Under the pieces are notes generated by a model, which saw only the letters and a list, made by a program, of their open reading frames with translations, did not search any database and was not told the origin of the DNA. A stretch of 60,181 nt of DNA from Clostridia bacterium (GTDB taxonomy: Bacteria; Bacillota; Clostridia; Oscillospirales; CAG-272), in contig JAFYHA010000091.1 of assembly GCA_017539425.1 (NCBI GenBank), positions 1 to 60,181 on the forward strand, given 5' to 3'. A program made the translations under genes and the position numbers. Of this stretch, positions 1 through 9,500 are shown piece by piece. Positions within the stretch are counted from its first letter, which is position 1. Each line of letters opens with the position of its first letter.

Positions 1-21
1 ACAAAAATTGAGCATATCTCT

Positions 22-1236
22 ATGGTTTCCAATGTCAGTGCCAACACATTAGGACACAACGTCATCGAATTCGGTGCGACCGGAAACGGCTCGCGTGACG
101 ATACGGAAGCCTTCCGGAAGGCCATCGAGGAAGCCCGGAAGGACCATCTGCCCGTACTGGTCCCGCAAGGGAACTTCCTGATCTCCTCCACGTTATCCCT
201 GGACGGTGTCTGCCTGTACGGACAGGATTGCATTTCCTGGACTTCGGACAACGTTGTCCTGCCCAGGATCACGCATACGGTCTCGGATTCGCCCCTGTTC
301 ATTCTGGACTCCGGCGCGGAGCTGTGCGGTCTGACCATTTACAGCAGTTACGATTCCGCGACTGATTTTGACTCAGGCACGTTCCTCTCAAAGTCCGGAG
401 ACGCTTCCGAAGAGATCCGGATCCAGGGCAGCGGCTGCAAGGTATCCAGGCTCCGCCTGATGAATCCCTATTTCGGGATCCGGGCCGGCTCGGATGACGG
501 CAGTTTCTCCTGCGACCAGGTCAGCATATCCAACGTCTTTATCGTAATGCCTTTCCACTGCGGGTTCTATGTAGGGAACACCCTGGATCCGTCCAGCATT
601 ACGGACTCCGAGGTCTGGTGCAACAACGGCTTCGGAGGATACGGATTCTATTTCGGTTCCAACGCGGACCTGACTGCGGACGGACTGGCCATCTTCTCCA
701 CGAAGTACGGTTTCTATTTCAATAATGAAACCGGATCGGAACTCTCGAAGATCCGGATCTCCAACTGCGGGGCAGACTACACCCAGACCGGCTGCCACGT
801 CGAGCACGGCGCATACGACGTCGTCTTCTCCGGAAGCACGTTCCAGGATCATTTCTTCGGTCTGAATCTCACACAGCACAGTTCCGAGGGCACATCCTTC
901 GTACTGGACAACTGCTACCTGATCGGGAACGGTTCGGAGATCGTATCGCTCTCAGGCGGCACAAACGTCGAAGTCCGGGGCTGCACGATCCTACGCCTGG
1001 CCTCCCACGGCAACGCCGTTTCGGTAGTCTCGACAAAGGAAGTCTCTCTTTCCGGCAACTGTATCTACGTCAACGGTACGGCCGTACGGATCTCCAACAA
1101 GGATAAGGACGCTCTGGTCCGGCTGACCGGAAACCTGTTCTTCTGCACGGATTCCACAGACGTCAACGCCGGCGGCTCAGCTGCTTCCGTAGAGTCTGAA
1201 GGGAACGCCTCACTGGTCAACCGTTCCATAGGCTGA
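22..1236 (+). CDS. Right-handed beta-helix protein, pectate-lyase superfamily (GH28/GH55-type N-terminal cap), no signal peptide
   Basis: 404-aa ORF. The N-terminus NVIEFGATGNGSRDDTEAFRKAIEEA...PVLVPQGNFLIS is the typical cap motif of beta-helix glycosidases. A hairpin terminator follows. Confidence 0.6.
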   Translation: MVSNVSANTLGHNVIEFGATGNGSRDDTEAFRKAIEEARKDHLPVLVPQGNFLISSTLSLDGVCLYGQDCISWTSDNVVLPRITHTVSDSPLFILDSGAELCGLTIYSSYDSATDFDSGTFLSKSGDASEEIRIQGSGCKVSRLRLMNPYFGIRAGSDDGSFSCDQVSISNVFIVMPFHCGFYVGNTLDPSSITDSEVWCNNGFGGYGFYFGSNADLTADGLAIFSTKYGFYFNNETGSELSKIRISNCGADYTQTGCHVEHGAYDVVFSGSTFQDHFFGLNLTQHSSEGTSFVLDNCYLIGNGSEIVSLSGGTNVEVRGCTILRLASHGNAVSVVSTKEVSLSGNCIYVNGTAVRISNKDKDALVRLTGNLFFCTDSTDVNAGGSAASVESEGNASLVNRSIG

Positions 1237-1294
1237 CTCATCCGCAAAGAGCCTGCATACGGTGCAGCCATGCACCCGGCCAGATTCTAAAAAA

Positions 1295-1339
1295 GCAAGC
1301 TACACCGACATCTGAACCGGCCGGTGTGGCTTGCTTTTT
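1295..1339 (+). terminator. Intrinsic terminator
   Basis: GCAAGCTACACCG ... CGGTGTGGCTTGC stem followed by TTTTT. Confidence 0.7.
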
Positions 1340-1442
1340 CCAAATTCTTTCATGGCTTGTAGATAATAGACAAAAATCCATATTCTAAACTGTAAATTTT
1401 GTAAAAAATCATATTCTCCGTTTGTTTTTACTTTTATTTTTG

Positions 1443-1471
1443 TTGACACGCTTTTTTCCATATGTTACAAT
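1443..1471 (+). promoter_or_regulatory. Sigma-A type promoter for the 1526 surface-protein gene
   Basis: TTGACA (1443-1448), 17-nt spacer, TACAAT (1466-1471), in an AT-rich spacer. AAGGAGA RBS lies before the ATG at 1526. Confidence 0.7.
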
Positions 1472-1525
1472 ACAGTTACCTCAAGGTACCGCCGCAAGGC
1501 GGAATACAAAAACAAGGAGAAAGCT

Positions 1526-4500
1526 ATGAAGAAAACATTGTCAATCGTCATGGCGCTTGCTATGGTGCTGACGATCATTGCCGCATGCATTCCCGCAATG
1601 ACCGTCTCCGCCAAGGAACCCGTGACGATCCCACTCTTCGATTGCGATTCCACGACAGGTTTCGGCTTTAACAAAGCCCCTGTAGTGGATACCGAGAACA
1701 AGACGCAAGGTGCAGCTTCTCTCAAAATCGAATTTGGAGACACCATTTTCCAAGCCGGTTTTGAGGCTAAAGACATTACCCGATGCGATGCGCTCGAATT
1801 TGACGTCTATGTTCCCGATCTTGCCGCGCTCATCAATATGGGCGGCGACACACAGATCGAAATCGCTTCCGGTGGGGAACCCGACAAAGAAGAAATCGCC
1901 TGGTTTTCCAGGACCTTCCTCGTTAAGCAGATTACCGCTGTGGGCTGGAACCACATCGTGCTGCCTTTCAAGGATGCAGGCAAGACCGGTGGAGACATCG
2001 ACCTTTCCAAAGTGAACTGGTTCCGCTGGTACTGGGTCGGATCGGCTGAAAACCAGATCCTGTTGAACGTCGATAATTTCGTGTTCACGAACTGGAACGC
2101 AGCTCCTGCTAAGGTTGATCTCTCCGAGGGTACATTCACTTCCACCCGCGTGCAGGGCTTCACCGTGTACCGCAACCCGGATCAGATCACTGCCGGCGAA
2201 TACGACGCGACCGAGGTTCCCTACCTGGTAGAGAACACCGCTCCGAGCAACGGCAACAACGGCAACAGAGGCCGGTATTGCGACGCCGCTACCTACTCCA
2301 TCTGGAAATTCGACACCACGGGTGCCGAGACCGCCAGATTCATTCTGACCTGCTACAACGAATGCGCGTTCGCTGTCTCCACCGACGGCGAGAACTGGAC
2401 TGAGTTCTTCTCCTCCAACGGTGTCAGACTCCCTCAGGAAACCCGCTCATTCGTACTGGACGAATACATTGACGGAAACGAAATGTACATCAAGGCCTAT
2501 GACTCCAAGCCGGCTGACGGCTGGGGCACATACATTATGCCGACCGGTACGTACTTCGTGACCACCCAGACCAAGAACCTTTCCGACTATGAGAATGACG
2601 ATCCCACCAACGTCTCCTTCACCATGTGGAAGGATGACAATTATACGGATTACGTTCTTTCCTCCTGGCATGCCGGCATCACCGGCAGCGGAGACGATTC
2701 TCACCCGTTCTACGATCGCGGCATCGGCGACACCAAGAAGTTCGGCGGTCCTCAGGTCGTATTCGCATTCCCGGTCAATCCGAACCACACCCAGGCTGCC
2801 GCCAACCTGAGACTGAACTCCAATTACATGATCGAAGTCTCCACCGACTTTGTGAACTGGAGAACTATGATCGAGAAGTCCAACACCGACATGAACGGCT
2901 ACGGCAAGTACTTTGACCTGAGCCCGTACCTGGACGGCACGGATATGATCTTCGTTAAGGTCCACAGCCCCATGGATATGGATGGCAACGGTCCGCAGAT
3001 CCACACCAACGCTCCGATCGAATTCACCTCCAACGCCTATGACGAGGAGATCATCTGGGACGACCTGTCCACCGATGAGAACGTCTACAACAAGGCTGTC
3101 ACTCATGCCCTTGCCTACAACGAAGAGCTGGATGCCGTTTCCTGCGACTACACGGAAGGCAACCTGATCGTCCGTTACGGTGTTGACGGTGCGAAGCCCA
3201 TTGACGTCCGTACCATGAAATGGTTCGAGTTCGATGTCTACATTTCCGAAGACCTCCCGAAAGGTTACACCAACCAGTTCATTCTCGAACTGCACAACAC
3301 TCAGTCCAATAATGACAACCAGGAAATCCAGTACACCGATTTCGTGCTGAACAAAGGCTGGACCCACGTGGTTCTCCCGCTTCCGGGCAACTATGTCAGA
3401 AGCGGTTCTGGCCAGAGCGGTCCGATTGACCTCAGTGCGATCTCCGGCTTCCGTCTCTTCAACGTGACTGCCGGCGATCTGCCCGCCTGCACATTTGCTC
3501 TTAAGAACCTGAAGTTCTCCAGAAGCCTGTACGTTCCGAATGCTGACTGGAACATGATGACTCCGAACGCCAACACCTGGGTCAAGGAATCCAAGGGCTT
3601 CTCGCTTGATGTCTCCGCTTGCAACGTGGTTGAGATGGACGTCTACTCTGCGCTTCCGACTGCAGTCGTTGCTGGCTACGGCATTCGTTTCGAGATGACC
3701 TCCTCCGGCAAGAACGATAAGGATGAGCAGGAAGAAGTTGTCAACAACTACATCTACAAAACAGGCTGGAACCACATCATCATTCCGCTGAACAACAATT
3801 TCGATCATACCAACCTGAACTACGTCCGCGTCCATGCCCAGCTCGGTTCCGGCAACAAGTTCAGCTTCCGTAACGTCAAGTTCTCCTATCTGCCTGAATT
3901 TACGGATATGATCAACAACTCGCTGATTGCTACCTGCGCCGGCTACAACCAGACCAAGGCTGTTGCCAAGGCCGGTGGCACCTTCAGCCTGAATCTGGCC
4001 GGTGCGAACTACATCGCCATGGATGTATACTTCCAGGATCCGCAGGCCTTCATGGCCAACGGCGCATTTGCTTGCTTCGAGATCTGCTCCAAGGACGCAT
4101 GCGACCAGGAAGAGTATCAGTGGACGTTCGGCTCCAGCGACGCTCATGATTATAAGTGCAGCATCGACGTCAGCGAACTGAAGGCTGGCTGGAATCATAT
4201 CGAACTCCCGATCTACATCGCGGACGTTTCCAACGGACCTGTCCAGGACGACATCATCTACACCCGTATCCACGTTCACACCAACACCCCGATCAGCAAG
4301 GCCGGTGCCGGCTGGGTCGCCTTCAAGAACATCCGGGCGATCGCCGTTGACCAGGGTAACCAGGAAGCCGGTATCGGTATGTACGGTATCGTCGATCCCG
4401 CAGCCGAACTGGTCGTGACGACCATTGCCAATGACGAAGTGGACGAAACTCTCGTCAACGAATTCATCGCAGACATCACTGAGAACTGCATCGAAGAAGG

Positions 4501-4867
4501 CGACAAGAACAAGTACAACTACGACGTTGTCAAAGCGTTCGATATCTCCCTCATGAAAGAGGATGCAGAAATTCAGCCCGACGGAACCGTTAAACTCGTT
4601 CTGCCGAAGTACGAAGTTCTGTCCTCTGAGACCCTGTACATCTATCATGTGCACGGCGATCAGGTCGATCGTCTGGACTATGAGAAGGATGCAAACGGAA
4701 ACATCATCGTTTACCTTGATTCCTTCAGCTCCCTGATCTATGTCAAACAGGCTCAGTTCATCTCCGGCAACCCGTACACGGGCGATATGATCGTTATGGT
4801 CCTCGCCATCGTGGCTGTCCTTGCCGCAGGTGCATTCGTCTTCGTTCTGAAGAAATCCCGCGTTTGA
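1526..4867 (+). CDS. Large cell-surface protein: signal/lipobox-like N-terminus, 4 copies of an unassigned CBM-like module, 2 copies of a second beta-sandwich-like module, C-terminal NPYTGD-TM-KKSRV anchor
   Basis: 1113-aa ORF with a good RBS. N-terminus is MKK + hydrophobic stretch + IIAAC..TVSA. Internal repeats are visible by eye (GWNHIVLPF, GWTHVVLPL, GWNHIIIPL, GWNHIELPI). The C-terminus has a sortase-like tripartite signal. Confidence 0.85.
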   Translation: MKKTLSIVMALAMVLTIIAACIPAMTVSAKEPVTIPLFDCDSTTGFGFNKAPVVDTENKTQGAASLKIEFGDTIFQAGFEAKDITRCDALEFDVYVPDLAALINMGGDTQIEIASGGEPDKEEIAWFSRTFLVKQITAVGWNHIVLPFKDAGKTGGDIDLSKVNWFRWYWVGSAENQILLNVDNFVFTNWNAAPAKVDLSEGTFTSTRVQGFTVYRNPDQITAGEYDATEVPYLVENTAPSNGNNGNRGRYCDAATYSIWKFDTTGAETARFILTCYNECAFAVSTDGENWTEFFSSNGVRLPQETRSFVLDEYIDGNEMYIKAYDSKPADGWGTYIMPTGTYFVTTQTKNLSDYENDDPTNVSFTMWKDDNYTDYVLSSWHAGITGSGDDSHPFYDRGIGDTKKFGGPQVVFAFPVNPNHTQAAANLRLNSNYMIEVSTDFVNWRTMIEKSNTDMNGYGKYFDLSPYLDGTDMIFVKVHSPMDMDGNGPQIHTNAPIEFTSNAYDEEIIWDDLSTDENVYNKAVTHALAYNEELDAVSCDYTEGNLIVRYGVDGAKPIDVRTMKWFEFDVYISEDLPKGYTNQFILELHNTQSNNDNQEIQYTDFVLNKGWTHVVLPLPGNYVRSGSGQSGPIDLSAISGFRLFNVTAGDLPACTFALKNLKFSRSLYVPNADWNMMTPNANTWVKESKGFSLDVSACNVVEMDVYSALPTAVVAGYGIRFEMTSSGKNDKDEQEEVVNNYIYKTGWNHIIIPLNNNFDHTNLNYVRVHAQLGSGNKFSFRNVKFSYLPEFTDMINNSLIATCAGYNQTKAVAKAGGTFSLNLAGANYIAMDVYFQDPQAFMANGAFACFEICSKDACDQEEYQWTFGSSDAHDYKCSIDVSELKAGWNHIELPIYIADVSNGPVQDDIIYTRIHVHTNTPISKAGAGWVAFKNIRAIAVDQGNQEAGIGMYGIVDPAAELVVTTIANDEVDETLVNEFIADITENCIEEGDKNKYNYDVVKAFDISLMKEDAEIQPDGTVKLVLPKYEVLSSETLYIYHVHGDQVDRLDYEKDANGNIIVYLDSFSSLIYVKQAQFISGNPYTGDMIVMVLAIVAVLAAGAFVFVLKKSRV

Positions 4868-4903
4868 TCCTGAACGCAAATCCTAGATTCAACTGAATCG
4901 CTC

Positions 4904-4940
4904 GCAGGCCGGGGGAAACCCCGGCCTGCCTTTTCTTTTT
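4904..4940 (+). terminator. Intrinsic terminator
   Basis: GCAGGCCGGGG gaaa CCCCGGCCTGC (perfect 11-bp stem) followed by CTTTTCTTTTT. Confidence 0.9.
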
Positions 4941-4959
4941 CACCGGTTTTCAGAAATTC

Positions 4960-4989
4960 GTGACAAATCTCCCTTTGTTATGATACAAT
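4960..4989 (+). promoter_or_regulatory. Candidate promoter (extended -10) for the GH32-like gene
   Basis: GTGACA, 18-nt spacer, TGaTACAAT. Confidence 0.45.
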
Positions 4990-5026
4990 AGTAAATGAAA
5001 AAGTATGTGTAACGGAGGATGAGGCT

Positions 5027-6514
5027 TTGAAATACCGCAAACCCGGTCTGGACTTCTGGGACGCCTGGTTTCTTCAGAGAGACGGCGAGGTCCACGCCTT
5101 CCACATGCAGGTTCCGGACGGAACCGTATCCTTTTCCGAAGAAGAGGGAAGATCCGTAGGCCATCTGACATCCAAAGATCTTCTGCACTGGACGTTCCGC
5201 GGGAATGTGCTGGAACCGCTCATGGATCCGGACCGTCCTCAGGATTTTCATCAGAAATTTACCGGTTGCGCCTTCTGCAAGGACGGGATCACCTATCTCT
5301 ATTATACGATGCGGGACCGGGAGTCCTGTTCCCAGCGCATCGGTCTGGCCACAAGCGGGAACGGATTCGATTTCGAACTTTATCCGGACAATCCGGTCAT
5401 AGAGCCGGATCCGTCCGTCCTGATCGGTTTTGCCAATCGGGATACATTCAAGTTTGATCCGGTCGTGGACTGCCGCGACCTCATCGTCGTCAAGGATCCG
5501 GACAGCCCGTACTATTACGGCTATTTCGCCGCCGGTGCGGACGTCGGAAGAGTCAGTCCGGTCGGGGTCATCGCCGTCTGCCGGAGCACGGATCTCATCC
5601 ACTGGACCGATCAGGCGATTGCCTACGTTCCGCCCGTAAACGGCGTGATCGAAGTCCCGGACGTCTATAGGATCGGGGACAAGTGGTATCTCACGGTCCT
5701 GTGCGGTGCCAACTATACGGGCCGCTCCGCCATTCCGGATGACTATGTGACCAACGCCACCCTCTATGCCGTCGCGGACAGCCCTATGGGACCGTTTGTC
5801 CACACGGACGACTGCCTGTTCCTGGGCGGCACGATCGGAAGCGGATTCACCTGCCGCACGGTGGAATGGGAAGGCAAGCGCTACGTTCTGTATGTGGACC
5901 GGGCTTCAGGTGGAAACTCACTGGCCCTGCCCAAAGAGGTCCGTCTGGTCGACGGATGCCTGCGTCCGGTCTATACGGACCGGCTGGCCTCACTGCGGAC
6001 CGGAGAGAGAACCGTCCTCGGTGTGACGCCGCACCAGAACGCCTTTGCCTGGAACTCGGTGGGAGGATGGCAGGAGGAATCCGGAGACGGCGTATCCCTC
6101 AGGACAGAAGGGCGAAGCACCCATTTCACCGAGTTGTCGCTGTCCGGCAGTCCGGACGGTTCCGGAAACTGCGAGATTTTATGCACGATGAGTCCAAACG
6201 CCAAGGCCTCCGGGATCGTTTTCTATATGGACGGACAGCCTTACACTGTATCCCTGGAACCTTCCCGGAAGCGGATCCTGCTTCTCAAGACCTATACGAT
6301 GGACTTCGTGGCAGGCCGGGAACTGAAAGCTGAAGGACAGTCCGCCTATGAACTCCGCGTCCTGGTCGTGGACGGAGTCCTGGAAGCCTATCTGGACGGA
6401 GTGCTTCTCCTGCAGGCCGCCGTACCGAAGACCGCAGACGTCCGACCGGGTCTGTTCTGTGAGGACGGATCCTGCACATTCCGGAACGTGCATGTGTATA
6501 CGCTGGAGGCCTAA
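5027..6514 (+). CDS. Clan GH-J (GH32-like) five-bladed propeller glycoside hydrolase with C-terminal lectin/DUF1080-like beta-sandwich; cytoplasmic
   Basis: 495-aa ORF with TTG start 8 nt after GGAGG. Motifs FWDAWF (nucleophile Asp), CRDLIVVKDP (RD motif) and IEVPDVY (acid/base Glu). C-terminal FRNVHVYTLE-type sandwich. No signal peptide. Confidence 0.6.
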   Translation: MKYRKPGLDFWDAWFLQRDGEVHAFHMQVPDGTVSFSEEEGRSVGHLTSKDLLHWTFRGNVLEPLMDPDRPQDFHQKFTGCAFCKDGITYLYYTMRDRESCSQRIGLATSGNGFDFELYPDNPVIEPDPSVLIGFANRDTFKFDPVVDCRDLIVVKDPDSPYYYGYFAAGADVGRVSPVGVIAVCRSTDLIHWTDQAIAYVPPVNGVIEVPDVYRIGDKWYLTVLCGANYTGRSAIPDDYVTNATLYAVADSPMGPFVHTDDCLFLGGTIGSGFTCRTVEWEGKRYVLYVDRASGGNSLALPKEVRLVDGCLRPVYTDRLASLRTGERTVLGVTPHQNAFAWNSVGGWQEESGDGVSLRTEGRSTHFTELSLSGSPDGSGNCEILCTMSPNAKASGIVFYMDGQPYTVSLEPSRKRILLLKTYTMDFVAGRELKAEGQSAYELRVLVVDGVLEAYLDGVLLLQAAVPKTADVRPGLFCEDGSCTFRNVHVYTLEA

Positions 6515-6569
6515 CCGTTTCTTTCCGGCTTCTTTCTGAAGCCTTCGCGCAAACTTTTCCAGAATCGAG

Positions 6570-9500
6570 GTGACGGATTTGAAATCCTACCGAATCCTTT
6601 TATCGATAGCCGTTATTCTGCTGGCCGCCGTATGCGTACTGCTGGTCCTGCAGCTCTATAAACCCGATACGTCACCGGTCCCGGACGGGCAGACGGTCAC
6701 GCTGCATCTGCCGGTCTATTCCGACGACCCGGTCCATAGTGACGTCCAGCTTCTGGCATCCTATACGTCACCCCTGACGTTCAATGCGGAACTCACAGAG
6801 GCACTTCGGGAAGGCCTTTTCAACTGTGAATCCAGCATCTCGATCGCGGATTTCAATATTCCGTATTCGGATGAGGGAATCGTGACCCTCCAGAACAGCA
6901 TGTCCGAACTGATCTTCCTGGATGCGGACATTTTCTTCATAGACCCCCAAAACTACAATGTCTCGATCCAGGGCGGCAATATCGTTTCCGTCATTCCGAC
7001 CTATCTCTTTGTCGGCAACGAGCTGACCGCGGCCCGCAACGACCTCAAGGCCCGCCTCAATGCCATCCTGAACCGGGTCGACCCGGGCTTCTCGGACCTG
7101 GAAAAAGCCCTGTTCCTGCATGACTACCTCGCCGAGAATTTCGAGTATGACACGACGCTGGAAAACCACAACCCGTATATCATGCTGACCAGCGGTGTCG
7201 GTGTCTGCCAGGCGTATACCTCCCTGTATGCGGAACTGCTCTCCCGCTGCGGGATCGAATCCACCTATGTCAAGAATGATGCCATCAACCATATCTGGAA
7301 CGGCATTCAAATCGGAGGACAGTCCTATCACGTTGACGTGACCTGGGACGACTCGGTTGGAAAATCCGACGGAAAAGTCGGCCACTATTTCTTCTTGCTC
7401 AGCGATGACGGACTGAGGTCCCCGAATGCTCCGGACTCCCATGGAAACGGATGGCAAAGCCGCTATACGTTCCAGAGCACGACCTATGACCAGGCGTTCT
7501 TCAAAACCGCCTATTCCGCATTCAAATATGTCGCCCCGTACTGGTATGTGATCGACGAGGGCATGTATCTGCAGAAATGCTCGTCCTACCTGACGGATCC
7601 CGTTCAGGTCCTCAAGATCTTCAACGGTGTCTGGAAACGTTACGGCAGTTCCGTGTACTATTCGGGACCGTTCTCCGGTCTCGGTCTCAACGGGGATCTC
7701 CTGTATTACAACACTACGGAAGCCATTATGTCCTACAACACCGGAACCGGAGAGGTGAATTCGGTCTACATCTATACGGACGGCGGCGGTTACATCTACG
7801 GGTCGCATGTCTTTGACAGCGTACTGTACTATACGATCGGTACGACTCCGGATCCGGAGAACATCGTCAGCCGTGAGACCCTGACCCTGACCCTGGATGA
7901 CACGGTCTGGCAGAACCAGTACCAGTATGAACTCGATGACGCGCTCTCCCGGATCGTGCTGACCAAGTACAAGGGAAGCGGAAAAACGCTCACCGTCCCG
8001 GCATCCGCCGCGATCGGAGGGAAATACTACCGAACCGTTCTGGGACCTGCTGCCCAGAAGATCGACAGTATCTGGTACAGCGTGCATTCGACCCTGGAAT
8101 CCCTGACCTTTGAATCCGGCGTCATCGCGGCAGGGGATATGTCCTACCAGTTCTATGAAATGACACAGCTGTCCTCTCTGGACGTGACCGGGCTGATCAC
8201 CTCGGATATGGCCAATATCTCGCATATGTTCCAGTACTGCAGCGCACTGACCGATCTGGATCTGAGCACCTGGGATCTGTCCGGCCTTACGGATGCCGTC
8301 GCATCTCCGGCGCTTCTGGGCTGTACCGCTCTGGATACGATCCGGACGCCGCTCAGGCTGGCCCTCACCATTCAGCTCCCGAATTCGGACTTCCGGGTCT
8401 ACAATCCATCCACCGGCAAATTTACGTCTGACCGTTACAGTTCATTGCCCACAGGCCAGACGGATTCATTGTATCTCAAGCGAGACAAGCGTCCGACCCC
8501 GATCATCTCGCTTTCGAACGTAACCAAGTCCTATGACGGTCAGGCCATTTCCGTACCCACCTGCTCAACGCAGTCAGACGGGAAGAAAACGTTCAAATAC
8601 TATTCCGATCCCGAACTTCAGAATTCCATCAGCCGTCCGAAAGCTGCCGGCGTCTACTACGCGGTCGTCACCACGGCGGAAACCGCCAGTTATCTGGCAG
8701 GGACCAGCAATACGGCCACATTGACCATCAACCAGGCCTCCCTGATCATCTCGGTTCCGTCCAAGACCAAGGCTTACGGAGAGAGCGATCCGCTCCTGAT
8801 CGGCACAGTGACCGGACTCAAGAACGGCGAGCAGATGCCCATCACCTATTCCCGTGAGCCCGGAGAAGCCGTCGGGACATACCGGATCATTCCCAATTAT
8901 ACGGCCACGGACAACTATAAGGTCACGGAGATCGTAGGCACTCTGACCATAACCGCGCAGTCCCTGACCGCGGCCTCCCTGACCCTTGAACAGACCCGCT
9001 TCACCTATGACCGTACCGAACATGAGCCGGGTGTGACCCTGACCCTGAGCGACCGGGTACTGGAACCGGGAACGGACTATACCGTCACTTACACGGATAA
9101 CACCGGGGCAGGCTCCGCCAAAGCCACCGTGACCGGAACAGGGAACTATTCCGGGACGCTTTACAAGTTCTTCACCATAGAAAAAGCGCTGGTCACCATC
9201 CGTGCGGACAGTCTTGAAAAAGCCGTCGGAGACCCGGATCCCGTCCTGACCGGTGTCATTTCCGGACTCTGTGAGGGAGACGATCTTCACGTGACCTATT
9301 CCCGTACGGAAGGGGAAACCGTAGGATCCTATTCCATTACGCCCTCCTATACCGAGAACCCGAATTATGTGGTCGCCGTATACCGGGGAAATCTGGTCAT
9401 ACACAGAGCCGAAGCGATACCGATCACCGGAGCTGAAGTGACTCTGGACCAAACGTCCTTCGTATATTCGGGTACTGAGCAGAAGCCGTCGGTCACGGTG

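Noticed and set aside
2447-4879. 810-aa ORF antisense to the 1526-4867 surface-protein gene
   Set aside because: This is a shadow ORF typical of GC-rich coding DNA. Its translation is rich in Val, Asp, Gly and Arg and has no recognisable motifs. It has no RBS or promoter, whereas the sense strand has a signal peptide, repeats, an RBS, a promoter and a terminator.
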